Shown here piece by piece: positions 37,364-47,071 of a stretch of DNA of 64,000 nucleotides. The stretch is taken from contig CAZUFC010000007.1 in the NCBI GenBank assembly GCA_964619725.1, positions 64,664 to 128,663 of the forward strand, given 5' to 3'. The stretch is from an uncultured bacterium (GTDB taxonomy: Bacteria; CSSED10-310; CAZUFC01). The translations under genes were made by a program, and so were the position numbers. The notes beneath the pieces are model-generated. The model saw nothing but the letters and a program-made list of their open reading frames with translations, searched no databases and was not told the origin of the DNA. The number at the start of each line of letters is the position of its first letter. Positions within the stretch are counted from its first letter, which is position 1.

Positions 37364-37798
37364 ATGGAAGAGCAAGAAAAACCATCTAAAGAAGCAAAAC
37401 ATAACTTAACGCACAATACCGATCAGTTAAAAAAGAATGTCGACGATGCCCGGGAATCGGATGGAGCTAAAAAGAAAGCCGAAGGCAATAAATCGCTGCG
37501 CTCGCCTGATTCCAAAACAGACGATGGACAACCCATCGAAGAGAACAGCGAACAGTTTAAAGATTTCGAACATCTTTTAAACGTCAAGCTGAACATATCG
37601 GTAAAAGTATGCACTATAAATATTTCCTTAAAGGAATTTTTGGATTTGTCGGAAGGCTCGAACCTGGATTTGAAAAGGTCTCCAGGCGAGTTCTTTACCC
37701 TGATGGTGAACGATTATCCTGTTGCGGTCGGTAATCTGGCGAAGGTTGAGGATCGACTGGGATTCAGGGTCATTGACGTATACAAGGAAGGCAAATGA
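37364..37798 (+). CDS. fliN: FliN-like (SpoA domain) switch protein
   Basis: LLNVKLNISV...L.L.EGS...LMVN..PVA.G...LGFRV. Syntenic position after fliL. Confidence 0.8.
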   Translation: MEEQEKPSKEAKHNLTHNTDQLKKNVDDARESDGAKKKAEGNKSLRSPDSKTDDGQPIEENSEQFKDFEHLLNVKLNISVKVCTINISLKEFLDLSEGSNLDLKRSPGEFFTLMVNDYPVAVGNLAKVEDRLGFRVIDVYKEGK

Positions 37799-37838
37799 CG
37801 TTTCTCAAATATCGCGATGTCGACAAGCAAGGAGCCGA

Positions 37839-38621
37839 ATGCTCGTGAAACTCCCTTATAAAAAAATCGGAATTTTTACAACTCTCATATTCGTCGCGCT
37901 CGTTGCCATACCCATTATGATGACCAACTGCAAAGCTGCAGGCGGCATTCAGGTTCCCGGTTTGAAAATTGAAGTGGACAGCGGCAGCGATATGAACTAC
38001 TCCGCGGCGGTAAAAATTTTCATGATCATGACGGTCCTCTCCCTGGCCCCGGCCATTATTATTATGACAACCTCTTTCGTCCGCATCATCATCGTGTTCC
38101 ATTTCATACGCCAGGCTCTGGGCGCTCAACAAACGCCCCCCAATCAACTCCTGGTCGGACTGGCGCTCTTCCTGACTTTCTTCATCATGGCCCCTGTCTG
38201 GTTACAACTGGAAAATCAATCCATTTCGCCTCTAATACAAGGAAACATCAATGAAAAAGAAGCTTATCAGCGGGCTCAGCTACCGCTTAAAGATTTTATG
38301 AAACGCCAGATCAGAGAAAAAGACCTCGCCCTCTTCGTTCGTCTGGCCAATATCGAAAAACCGGAAAATTTTGAAGATGTACCCGTCCACGTCATTATAC
38401 CCGCTTTCATCATCAGTGAACTGAAAACAGCTTTTCAAATCGGTTTCGTCATTTTCATCCCCTTCGTCGTCATCGACATTACTGTGGCTTCCATTCTCCT
38501 TTCAATGGGCATGATGATGCTTCCTCCCGTCATGATCTCCATTCCCTTTAAAATTCTCCTTTTCATTATGGTTGACGGTTGGAACCTTCTCGTGGGCTCT
38601 CTGACAAAAAGTTTCTTCTGA
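37839..38621 (+). CDS. fliP: Export gate protein FliP
   Basis: TSFVRIIIV, QTPPNQ, PAFIISELKTAFQIG and GMMMLPP. ATG 37839 follows AAGGAG. Confidence 0.97.
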   Translation: MLVKLPYKKIGIFTTLIFVALVAIPIMMTNCKAAGGIQVPGLKIEVDSGSDMNYSAAVKIFMIMTVLSLAPAIIIMTTSFVRIIIVFHFIRQALGAQQTPPNQLLVGLALFLTFFIMAPVWLQLENQSISPLIQGNINEKEAYQRAQLPLKDFMKRQIREKDLALFVRLANIEKPENFEDVPVHVIIPAFIISELKTAFQIGFVIFIPFVVIDITVASILLSMGMMMLPPVMISIPFKILLFIMVDGWNLLVGSLTKSFF

Positions 38622-38642
38622 TGCGTCAAAAGGATTGATTTT

Positions 38643-38906
38643 ATGACTCCTGAAATGGTTTTAACTCTCAGCAGACAGGCATTTGAAATGATTTTTATTC
38701 TGGCGGGACCGCTCCTGGCGGTCGGACTGATCGTCGGCGTTCTCATCAGCATTTTCCAGGCCGTAACATCCATCCAGGATATGACTATCTCCTTCATCCC
38801 AAAGATTCTGAGTATATTTGTGACTCTTCTGCTCCTCCTTCCCTGGATGATGGGCAAACTGACCCAATTCACCACGAAACTTTTCACCAATTTTCCAGTC
38901 GGATGA
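38643..38906 (+). CDS. fliQ: Export gate protein FliQ
   Basis: ISIFQAVTSIQDMTISFIPKI. Confidence 0.97.
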   Translation: MTPEMVLTLSRQAFEMIFILAGPLLAVGLIVGVLISIFQAVTSIQDMTISFIPKILSIFVTLLLLLPWMMGKLTQFTTKLFTNFPVG

Positions 38907-38980
38907 GGTTGCCGGTTTATGATCAATTCTCTAAAACTGCGATCATCCGATGTTCTGCTTAATGAGTCCGGACGTCTATT

Positions 38981-39871
38981 ATGGTTGTGAATTTCGATGT
39001 TCCTTCTTTAACGGCTTTTATGCTCGTAATGTCAAGGATTTCTGCTTTTATTTTCACATCGCCGCTTCTTTCGAGCTCTTCCATCAGTTACAAAATTAAA
39101 GTGGTCTTCTGTCTCATTTTTTCCTTCCTTATGTATTCCATTTTACCCCCTCATAATCATAAACTGATTAACGATTCTCACCCGCTTTTTTTCGGCATCA
39201 TTTTTGAGATCGTTACCGGAGCATTATTAGGTTTCGTTATGAATCTGCTGTTCATGGCGGTTAACTTCTTTGCCGGAGTGGCGGGTTACCAGATGGGAAT
39301 GGCTATCGTCAATCTCTATGATCCCCAGTATTCGCAACAAACCCCCATACTGGCCCTTTTCCTGAATATGACAGCGCTCCTTCTTTTTTTCGCCTCAAAC
39401 ATGCATCATTTCCTGATTATCGGACTGCATGAAAGTTTCCATCATTTAACGCTTTCCCCGGATATCTGGATTAATTTCGATGTTTCAAAACTGATTGCAT
39501 GGACATCAAAGGTCTTCACTCTGGGTCTGAAAATGGGCATACCCATCGTCGGTTTCATGTTCTGCGTTGAAGTCGTACTGGGCTTAACCGCACGGGCCGT
39601 GCCTCAAATGAACATTTTTATGGTTGGATTCCCCATTAAAATAGGCGTCGGACTGCTTCTGTTTTTAGCCTGCCTGGGAGCCTTTTCCGCACTGTTCCTC
39701 CACCTGGCCGAAGGACTTCCTGATCTGTTCATGAAAGCTCTGCGCAATCTGGCATGCACCTGTCACGATGCAGGAAACCTGCAAGACCATTGTTCAACCC
39801 AAGCCCTGAATCCTGCCGCTTTCGCGATGGGAAGTCCGCCTGCCGGGGTCCTAGCGTTACGGCATTTGTGA
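38981..39871 (+). CDS. fliR: Export gate protein FliR
   Basis: YQMGM....DP and RAVPQMNIFMVGFPIKI, with a ~38-aa C-terminal extension. Confidence 0.95.
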   Translation: MVVNFDVPSLTAFMLVMSRISAFIFTSPLLSSSSISYKIKVVFCLIFSFLMYSILPPHNHKLINDSHPLFFGIIFEIVTGALLGFVMNLLFMAVNFFAGVAGYQMGMAIVNLYDPQYSQQTPILALFLNMTALLLFFASNMHHFLIIGLHESFHHLTLSPDIWINFDVSKLIAWTSKVFTLGLKMGIPIVGFMFCVEVVLGLTARAVPQMNIFMVGFPIKIGVGLLLFLACLGAFSALFLHLAEGLPDLFMKALRNLACTCHDAGNLQDHCSTQALNPAAFAMGSPPAGVLALRHL

Positions 39872-39884
39872 AAGGAACTAACCT

Positions 39885-40982
39885 TTGTCCGCAAGCGACA
39901 ACAAAACAGAACCAGCATCACCGCGTAAGCGGCGTGAAGCGAAAAGAAGAGGTCATGTCCCCCGGAGCAAGGAGCTGACATCCGCTGCCGGCATTGCTCT
40001 CGCTCTGTTGTGCCTGTGGCTTTTCGGTTCATCCATGACTCAAAAATTCATGCTTCTCTGCCGTTCTCTTTTGCAGAACAAAGTACAAAGCGGCCTGAGC
40101 GATGCAGAAACGCTTGCAATAATGACGACGACCTTTCAAAAGGCTCTCGTCAATATGCTGCCTTTTTTTGCGATTTTTTTTGTGGGCAAGACGGTCAGTC
40201 AGTTTTCGATAGGCGGGCTGGTTTTATCCACTCAGAAATTAAAATTTGATATCAACAAATTAAATCCTGTAAAAGGATTAAACAAGATTTTCGACCCAAG
40301 CAAAGCCGGCGTTGAACTGCTCCGCAGCATACTCAAGATAGCTTTTATAGGCACAATTGCAGCCTGGACTCTATTAGAACGCAAAGATGTTTTCACTCTG
40401 TTGATGGGGGTCTCGGTTGATCAGAGTCTTCCCTACGTGGGCGAAACTGTAACGACGATACTTAAACGGGTTCTGGCAGCCCTGTTGTTCCTTGCGATAC
40501 TGGATATAGTTCATGCCAAGTATTCATACGAAAAGGAACTGAAAATGTCCAAACAGGAAGTGAAGGAGGAGTTCAAACGTGAAGAGGGTGACCCGATCGT
40601 CAAGTCACGGATGCGCAGCATGCAGCGGCAAACGATGCTGCAAAGGATGAAAGCGGAGGTTAAAGAGGCGGACGTAGTGGTGGTAAACCCTACCAGCATA
40701 GCGGTAGCGATTCGATATGAACCTTTAACGGACCCTGCCCCTGTTGTAACGGCCAAAGGTAAATTCAAGATAGCGGAAAAGATTCGCGAAGAAGCCAGAC
40801 GTCACGGCATCCCCATAATACGCAATAAGCAGTTGGCTCAGATGCTTTTCCGTTTTGTACCCATAGGCGAGGCCATACCGCCGCGATTATTCCAGGCGGT
40901 GGCGGAAATATTGGCGACCGTGTATCGGATGAAAGGCGATATGCCTGAGAATATCTATAAGAACAGGGGCGAGCGAGCGTAG
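39885..40982 (+). CDS. flhB: Export switch protein FlhB
   Basis: KTEPASPRK, LKMSKQEVKEE, EGDP and NPTS cleavage loop. Confidence 0.96.
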   Translation: MSASDNKTEPASPRKRREAKRRGHVPRSKELTSAAGIALALLCLWLFGSSMTQKFMLLCRSLLQNKVQSGLSDAETLAIMTTTFQKALVNMLPFFAIFFVGKTVSQFSIGGLVLSTQKLKFDINKLNPVKGLNKIFDPSKAGVELLRSILKIAFIGTIAAWTLLERKDVFTLLMGVSVDQSLPYVGETVTTILKRVLAALLFLAILDIVHAKYSYEKELKMSKQEVKEEFKREEGDPIVKSRMRSMQRQTMLQRMKAEVKEADVVVVNPTSIAVAIRYEPLTDPAPVVTAKGKFKIAEKIREEARRHGIPIIRNKQLAQMLFRFVPIGEAIPPRLFQAVAEILATVYRMKGDMPENIYKNRGERA

Positions 40983-40986
40983 AACA

Positions 40987-43083
40987 ATGAGTGCAGAAGC
41001 AGCAGCATTAAAAGGACAAAAAGTTTTTTTAAAAAACAACAGGCATCTGCTAATGCCAATGTTTGTCATGGCTGTGGTCACAGTCATGATAATACCCATT
41101 CCTGCGCCGTTGCTCGATATACTGATAACCTTCAACATCGTTCTGTCACTCCTGATCCTGCTCATGGCGCTATACATAAAAGAACCTGTCCAGTTTTCGG
41201 CTTTTCCCTCTGTATTGCTGATCATAACCCTGTTCCGACTATCCCTCAATGTGGCGACGACTCGACAAATTCTGCTGTGCGGAAACGAAGGCGTAACAGC
41301 GGCGGGTCAGGTCATTTCCGCCTTCGGACAGTTTGTGATCGGAGGAAACTACGTTATCGGCCTGGTTATTTTCGTAGTTCTTCTGACGATACAGTATGTG
41401 GTTATTACGCACGGCTCCGTACGCACGTCGGAAGTAACGGCCAGATTCAAACTGGACGCCTTGCCCGGAAAACAGATGAGTATAGATGCCGACCTGAACA
41501 GCGGACTCATAGATGAGGAAACAGCGCGCGAAAGAAGACGCGAAGTCCTGAGAGAAGCCGATTTTTACGGTTCTATGGACGGGGCTATCCGCTTCACCGG
41601 AAGAGACGCCATCGCTTCCATCATCATTACTCTCATCAATATTATCGCCGGTCTCGTCATCGGAACTTTTCAATACGGCCTTCCTTTGAAACAGGCGGCT
41701 CAAACTTTCACGATCCTTACCGTCGGCGACGGCCTCGTAAGCGCCATCCCCGCACTGCTGGTCTCTGTCGGCGGAGGCATCATCACCACTCGCGCCGTCT
41801 CAGATTCAAACCTGGGTGATGACGTCGCCAAACAGGTTCTCTTCGATCACAGGGTCATCGCCATTGCTGCTTCCGTCATATCTCTTTTTGCTCTGGTCCC
41901 GGGATTGCCCAAGTTCTCCTTTATATTTGTCGGCGGATTTTTCGGAACTATCGCTTATTTCATTCTTAAAGGAAAATCAGAAAAAATTAAAGAAGAAGAA
42001 GAGGAAAAAAAGAAACCTGCTGCCGGCGCCGCCGAACGAAGCGAAGATCAAAAAATTGCAGAACTACTCGAAATTGATATCCTCGGACTGCAACTCGGCT
42101 ACCAGTTGCTGCCTCTCGTCAATCCCGCCGACGGCATAGACCTTCCCTCACGCATCCAGTCCATCAGGAGACAGATCGCCATGACCCTCGGCTTCGTCCT
42201 GCCCCCCGTCCACATCAGAGACAACCTTCGGCTGAAATCACGCGAATACGCCATCATGATCAAAGGTGTCGAAGTCGCTAAAAATCAGCTTCATCCCGAC
42301 AGACTGCTCGCCATCGATCCGGGAACAGTTCAATCAAAAATTCAGGGTATTGACGTTATGGAACCTACCTATCAACTTCCCGCCGTGTGGATCAACCCCT
42401 CGCAAAAAGATGAGGCGCAACAAAACGGCTACACAATCGTAGATTGTCATACGGTCATGATGACCCACTTCAGCGAGGTCGTTGCCGGTAAAGCACACGA
42501 AATCCTGGGAAGACATGAAACTCAGGACCTGGTGGACCACCTGGCCAAACAATTCCCACGTATCGTCGATGATCTTATTCCTAAATACGTTTCCCACGGA
42601 TTGCTGCAAAAAACGCTCCAGAACCTGCTCAGAGAACGAGTCAGCATCAGAGACCTTAGAAGCATCCTCGAAGCCCTCTCAGACGCCGTTTCCATCACTC
42701 AGGACGTCGGACTCATGACTGAATACGTCAGACAACGAATCGGGCGATCTATCGTCTCCCAATACCTGGACAGCGACGACCACCTGCCCGTCTTCATTCT
42801 CAACCCGGAAATGGAACAGACCATCGCTGATGCCGTCGAACAGCACGAAACCTCTTCAAACCTCGCTCTCAATCCTCAAACAGCACAAAAAATTATTCAA
42901 AGCATCTCTGATTTCATCAAACAAAATCTCATTCAGTCGCAACCTATCGTCATCGTCTCACCCATTATAAGAATGCACCTTAAACGCTTTACCGAACGGT
43001 TCATTCCGAGTCTCGTCGTTCTCTCGCACGATGAAATTCCACCGGAAACCAACATCAATAATATAGGAGTCGTAAACTGGTGA
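40987..43083 (+). CDS. flhA: Export gate protein FlhA
   Basis: FRLSLNVA, ARFKLDALPGKQMSIDADL, FYGSMDGA and GDGLV. Confidence 0.97.
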   Translation: MSAEAAALKGQKVFLKNNRHLLMPMFVMAVVTVMIIPIPAPLLDILITFNIVLSLLILLMALYIKEPVQFSAFPSVLLIITLFRLSLNVATTRQILLCGNEGVTAAGQVISAFGQFVIGGNYVIGLVIFVVLLTIQYVVITHGSVRTSEVTARFKLDALPGKQMSIDADLNSGLIDEETARERRREVLREADFYGSMDGAIRFTGRDAIASIIITLINIIAGLVIGTFQYGLPLKQAAQTFTILTVGDGLVSAIPALLVSVGGGIITTRAVSDSNLGDDVAKQVLFDHRVIAIAASVISLFALVPGLPKFSFIFVGGFFGTIAYFILKGKSEKIKEEEEEKKKPAAGAAERSEDQKIAELLEIDILGLQLGYQLLPLVNPADGIDLPSRIQSIRRQIAMTLGFVLPPVHIRDNLRLKSREYAIMIKGVEVAKNQLHPDRLLAIDPGTVQSKIQGIDVMEPTYQLPAVWINPSQKDEAQQNGYTIVDCHTVMMTHFSEVVAGKAHEILGRHETQDLVDHLAKQFPRIVDDLIPKYVSHGLLQKTLQNLLRERVSIRDLRSILEALSDAVSITQDVGLMTEYVRQRIGRSIVSQYLDSDDHLPVFILNPEMEQTIADAVEQHETSSNLALNPQTAQKIIQSISDFIKQNLIQSQPIVIVSPIIRMHLKRFTERFIPSLVVLSHDEIPPETNINNIGVVNW

Positions 43084-44246
43084 AAATTAAACGATTCATT
43101 GGAGATAATCTTAGCAGCACTATCGCCGAAGTAAAGAAAAACTTCGGAGAAGAAGCCCTCATTCTCACTACCAGAAATTGCCCGGATAACTTTTCTAAAC
43201 CCTTCAGCAAAAAAAAATACGTGGAAATAATCGCTGCCGGCGAAACTGACCGGTCCGCCGGAAAAAAAACTAAAGGAAATTTGAAATTGGACGATATTAA
43301 GTCTCTGGAAAAAGATCGCACGATTGATACTGCCTTCGTCGCATCTTTTGAACCCGAAATTCTTCAACAACTCAGAGAAATCCGCAATCTCTTCTCCGAA
43401 TTTCGGCAATACGTTCCTAATCAGAACTTCTGGAACAGCGAACAAAACAAATGGTTCGGAAAAATGATGCAAGCTGAAATATGCCCGTCCGTCGCCGCCT
43501 CCATCGTCAACAATCTCGATCTCTCAAATTCCAAAAAACCCGGCGACTCCGAACTCAGCATTGAAAAACTGATTAAAAAGAAAATTAGCGATGTCTGGAA
43601 ATGCTCCTATCCCTTCAATGATTCCCGTATTGTCGCCCTGGTCGGTCCCACAGGCGTGGGAAAGACAACTACCATTGCCAAGCTGACCGCAATCGAAAAA
43701 CTGAAACACAAAAAAAAGACGGCCTTGATTACCGTCGATACCTATCGCATCTCTGCCGTCGATCAGCTAAAAACATACGCCGATATCCTGCAAACCGACA
43801 TACGCGTCGTCTCAGACCGTTTTGAATTGAAAAACGCCATTGAAAAATTCAATGACGCCGATCTCATTCTCATCGACACTTCAGGCAGAAGTCAGCATAA
43901 CCAGAAAAATATGGAAGAATTGAAAAACCTCTTTGACTTCGATTCGACCGAATCCATCAACATCCAACTGTGTCTCAGCGCTGTCACGCGACCCGCCGAT
44001 ATGGAAAACATTATGCTTTCATTTCAATCCCTTCCTTATGATTCCATCGTCCTCACGAAAATAGATGAAACCGTTTCCTTCGGTCATGTCCTGACCAAAT
44101 GCATGAAATACGACAAAAAAGTCAGTTTCATCACCAACGGTCAGGAAGTTCCGGACCATATACTTACCGCTTCGCCGGAACATCTCGTCAATCTGATTTT
44201 TAATCCCAGGAAAGTCATTAATCAAACTCAAAGTCTTACGGAATAA
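43080..44246 (+). CDS. flhF: SRP-family GTPase FlhF
   Basis: GPTGVGKTTTIAKL, DTYRI, DTSGRS, TKIDET and GQEVPD. Confidence 0.96.
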   Translation: MKIKRFIGDNLSSTIAEVKKNFGEEALILTTRNCPDNFSKPFSKKKYVEIIAAGETDRSAGKKTKGNLKLDDIKSLEKDRTIDTAFVASFEPEILQQLREIRNLFSEFRQYVPNQNFWNSEQNKWFGKMMQAEICPSVAASIVNNLDLSNSKKPGDSELSIEKLIKKKISDVWKCSYPFNDSRIVALVGPTGVGKTTTIAKLTAIEKLKHKKKTALITVDTYRISAVDQLKTYADILQTDIRVVSDRFELKNAIEKFNDADLILIDTSGRSQHNQKNMEELKNLFDFDSTESINIQLCLSAVTRPADMENIMLSFQSLPYDSIVLTKIDETVSFGHVLTKCMKYDKKVSFITNGQEVPDHILTASPEHLVNLIFNPRKVINQTQSLTE

Positions 44247-44250
44247 TATT

Positions 44251-45195
44251 ATGAATATCAAGGATCAGGCAGAAGGACTGCGACGATTAACCCAACAAAC
44301 AGAAGCTTCCTGCAGGAGAGCTGAAAGTCAAAGCATTCCCCATTTCAACGGAGCTCAAGCTGTCGGAGTTACGGGCGGCAAGGGCGGAGTCGGCAAAACG
44401 AATGTCGTGGTGAACCTGGCAGTCGCTGCTGCCGCCATCGGAAAAAAAGTGATCGTGCTGGATGCCGATTTCGGGCTGGCCAACGTTGACGTCATGCTCG
44501 GTTTAAATCCCTCCTGGAGCCTTTACAACGCTATTAAAGGAAATATCACCTTTTCGGACATTCTTTTCCCCGGTCCAGGAGGCATTAAAATACTGCCCGC
44601 CGCATCAGGCATTCAGTCCATGACCGAATTGTCCGTTAGCGAATTCCATACTCTCATTAATGAACTGACACGCGTTACACAATCCGCTGACCTTCTGCTC
44701 GTCGATACATCAGCAGGAATCCACAAAAACGTCACCAACATACTTAAAGCTTGCAAATCTGTCATTGTGGTCACAGAACCCGAACCTACCGCTCTCGTCG
44801 ATTCTTACGCCCTCATTAAAGTCCTCACCGGCGCCGGTTACCGCAACCCGATTAAACTCATCGTCAATAAGACCGAATCGGATAAAAACGGACTCGCAGT
44901 CCATCAACAATTCAACAAGATCGTTATCAAGTTTCTCAATGTCTCAGTCGAATATCTCGGCTGCATTCCCTATGACCATTTCATCCCCAGAGCCATCAAA
45001 GATCAAAAATCGGTCGTTCAGGCCTTCCCAGGTTCAAAATCGGGTAAAAGCTTCATGCGCATCACCCGACAACTGTTCTCCGATAAAAATAACAACAATG
45101 ACAATATGCCTGAATCCAATTTTTGGGCTGATTTTTTGAATAAAATCGTGAAACAATATAAAGATAGGAGGTTGACAATTGAAGCCGTTGAATAA
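44251..45195 (+). CDS. flhG: MinD-like ATPase FlhG/FleN
   Basis: DQAEGLR, GGKGGVGKT and DADFGLANVD. Confidence 0.95.
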   Translation: MNIKDQAEGLRRLTQQTEASCRRAESQSIPHFNGAQAVGVTGGKGGVGKTNVVVNLAVAAAAIGKKVIVLDADFGLANVDVMLGLNPSWSLYNAIKGNITFSDILFPGPGGIKILPAASGIQSMTELSVSEFHTLINELTRVTQSADLLLVDTSAGIHKNVTNILKACKSVIVVTEPEPTALVDSYALIKVLTGAGYRNPIKLIVNKTESDKNGLAVHQQFNKIVIKFLNVSVEYLGCIPYDHFIPRAIKDQKSVVQAFPGSKSGKSFMRITRQLFSDKNNNNDNMPESNFWADFLNKIVKQYKDRRLTIEAVE

Positions 45196-45964
45196 ATATC
45201 TCAACCAACCAACTGAAAGCTGCGCGGGTTTGCCCATTTCGCCGACGGATTCAATGAACTACGAATGGGTTCTCGAATACGCGCCGCTGGTCCACCGGAT
45301 AATTTCCAGGATAAAATGGAAATTGCCCGCACATCTCGATGAAGAGGACCTTTTTCAGTCAGGCATAGTAGGACTGCTTGAAGCGGCCAGAAGTTACGAT
45401 GAAAAATACAGAGTTAAATTTTCAACGTTCGCCCAGAAAAGAATCAAAGGCGCTGTGCTGGACTATCTCCGTAAAATGGACCCCATGCCCCGAAACCTTC
45501 GCTCAACCTTGAAAAAAATACAGAATGAAGCGGATAAACTCGAACAGACCCTGAAACGACAGATTACCGACGAAGAACTGATAAACCACCTCGAAATGAA
45601 TAAAAACGAATTCTATAATCTGATCAGTGAAGGCGCAAGATACGACGTTTTTCACCTGGACGACCTGATCCAGAAATGGGGTGAACGCTATACCGAAAAT
45701 CAGATCGATAAGTCTGAAATCCGCCTTTCGTACGAAGAACCTGCAGATCAGCAGTTCATGAGAAATCAACTGATAGAAGCGCTGGCCCAGGAAATTAAGT
45801 CTCTGTCGGAAAAAGAAAAATTAATCATTTCTTTTTATTATTATGAAGAATTAACCATGAAAGAAATAGCGGCCGTCCTGAAGATCACGGAATCGAGAGT
45901 TTGTCAGGTACATGGAGCGCTTCTCTTTCGACTGAAACGCAGATTGAAAAAGTTGTTCAATTAA
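45179..45964 (+). CDS. fliA: Flagellar sigma factor FliA (sigma28)
   Basis: RIKGAVLDYLR and YYEELTMKEIA.VL.ITESRVCQ. TTG start after AGGAGG. Confidence 0.96.
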   Translation: MKPLNKYLNQPTESCAGLPISPTDSMNYEWVLEYAPLVHRIISRIKWKLPAHLDEEDLFQSGIVGLLEAARSYDEKYRVKFSTFAQKRIKGAVLDYLRKMDPMPRNLRSTLKKIQNEADKLEQTLKRQITDEELINHLEMNKNEFYNLISEGARYDVFHLDDLIQKWGERYTENQIDKSEIRLSYEEPADQQFMRNQLIEALAQEIKSLSEKEKLIISFYYYEELTMKEIAAVLKITESRVCQVHGALLFRLKRRLKKLFN

Positions 45965-45981
45965 AGGGCGGGAGCGAAATC

Positions 45982-46965
45982 ATGAGCGAAATAATTTCTC
46001 CTAAAGAGATGCAGGAACTGTTGTCCGTCGCAAAATCCAAAGAAAAAAAAGAACGTAAATCCAAAGATTATAATTCGAGCAGGAAATTTTTCACCTACTC
46101 GTTGCATCAGAGCGATTTCATACCCAAGGACCAACTGCAGGTTTTCCATAATGTTTTCAAAACATTCGCCAGCCGCCTTTCCAATACTCTTTCCGCACAA
46201 TTGCGCAGTCTGGTGGAAATCGATTTGAAATTTTTCGAACATGTGCCGTTTCAGGAATTTTATAATTCCGTCGGCGTCCCCACATGCCTCGTCCTGGCCC
46301 GAATCCCCGATACCCAGGAAGCTATGTACATGGAAATTTCTGCAAATCTCGTTTTCTCCATACTCGATAAATTCCTGGGCGGTCCGGGTTCCATAGAAGA
46401 ACCTGACAGAGAATTGACGGAAATTGAACAGGAGCTGACCATGAATTTCTGCGCTTCTGTTCTGAAAAACCTCGCCAGAGTGCTAAAACCAATCTCCGGA
46501 CATGACAACTTGCAGTTTATCGTCGACTCAATCATCACGAACATATTCCTCTTTCCCGCTGCAGCTCACAGCGAAATGATCGTATTCGCCGAATGTGAAA
46601 CCACCTTTGAAAAAATGACCGGGCACATCAACTTCGCTCTGCCCACAAGAATGATTGAATTCCTCTCCGCTTCAATGAGCGATCAGAATAAAGTCAATCA
46701 AATAAGCGCCCTCGATAAAAGCTTCCTGAATGAATTGAGCCATAGAGTCGCCGACATCCCGGTAAAAGTCGAAGGCCATATACTGGGTTTCAGCATGACC
46801 CTGCAGGATTTCCTGGACCTGGAAATTAACGATGTTATTGTCCTTAAAAATGCTGCCGAATCAAAGGCCCTTCTTGTCGAAGATTCGCCCAAATTTATAG
46901 GTGACCTTGTTAAAATAAATAAAAACAAGGGTTTTAAAATTCATAAACCCGTCGATGCCGATTGA
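45982..46965 (+). CDS. fliM: Flagellar motor switch protein FliM
   Basis: IISPKEMQELL (variant CheY-binding N-terminus), LGGPG, RELTEIE and C-terminal SpoA domain. Confidence 0.92.
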   Translation: MSEIISPKEMQELLSVAKSKEKKERKSKDYNSSRKFFTYSLHQSDFIPKDQLQVFHNVFKTFASRLSNTLSAQLRSLVEIDLKFFEHVPFQEFYNSVGVPTCLVLARIPDTQEAMYMEISANLVFSILDKFLGGPGSIEEPDRELTEIEQELTMNFCASVLKNLARVLKPISGHDNLQFIVDSIITNIFLFPAAAHSEMIVFAECETTFEKMTGHINFALPTRMIEFLSASMSDQNKVNQISALDKSFLNELSHRVADIPVKVEGHILGFSMTLQDFLDLEINDVIVLKNAAESKALLVEDSPKFIGDLVKINKNKGFKIHKPVDAD

Positions 46966-47071
46966 AGAAAAAGTGAAGGCACATCTTTCAAATTTCATAA
47001 CCACGGAAAATATATCGGCCCCGAATTTGTCCCGTGATAATTTGTAATCTGATTGAAAAGGATAAGCTTAT

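Noticed and set aside
39755-39871. FliR C-terminal extension as a FliR-FlhB fusion or frameshift
   Set aside because: A stop at 39871 and a separate RBS plus TTG for flhB are present; likely just a shifted stop codon.
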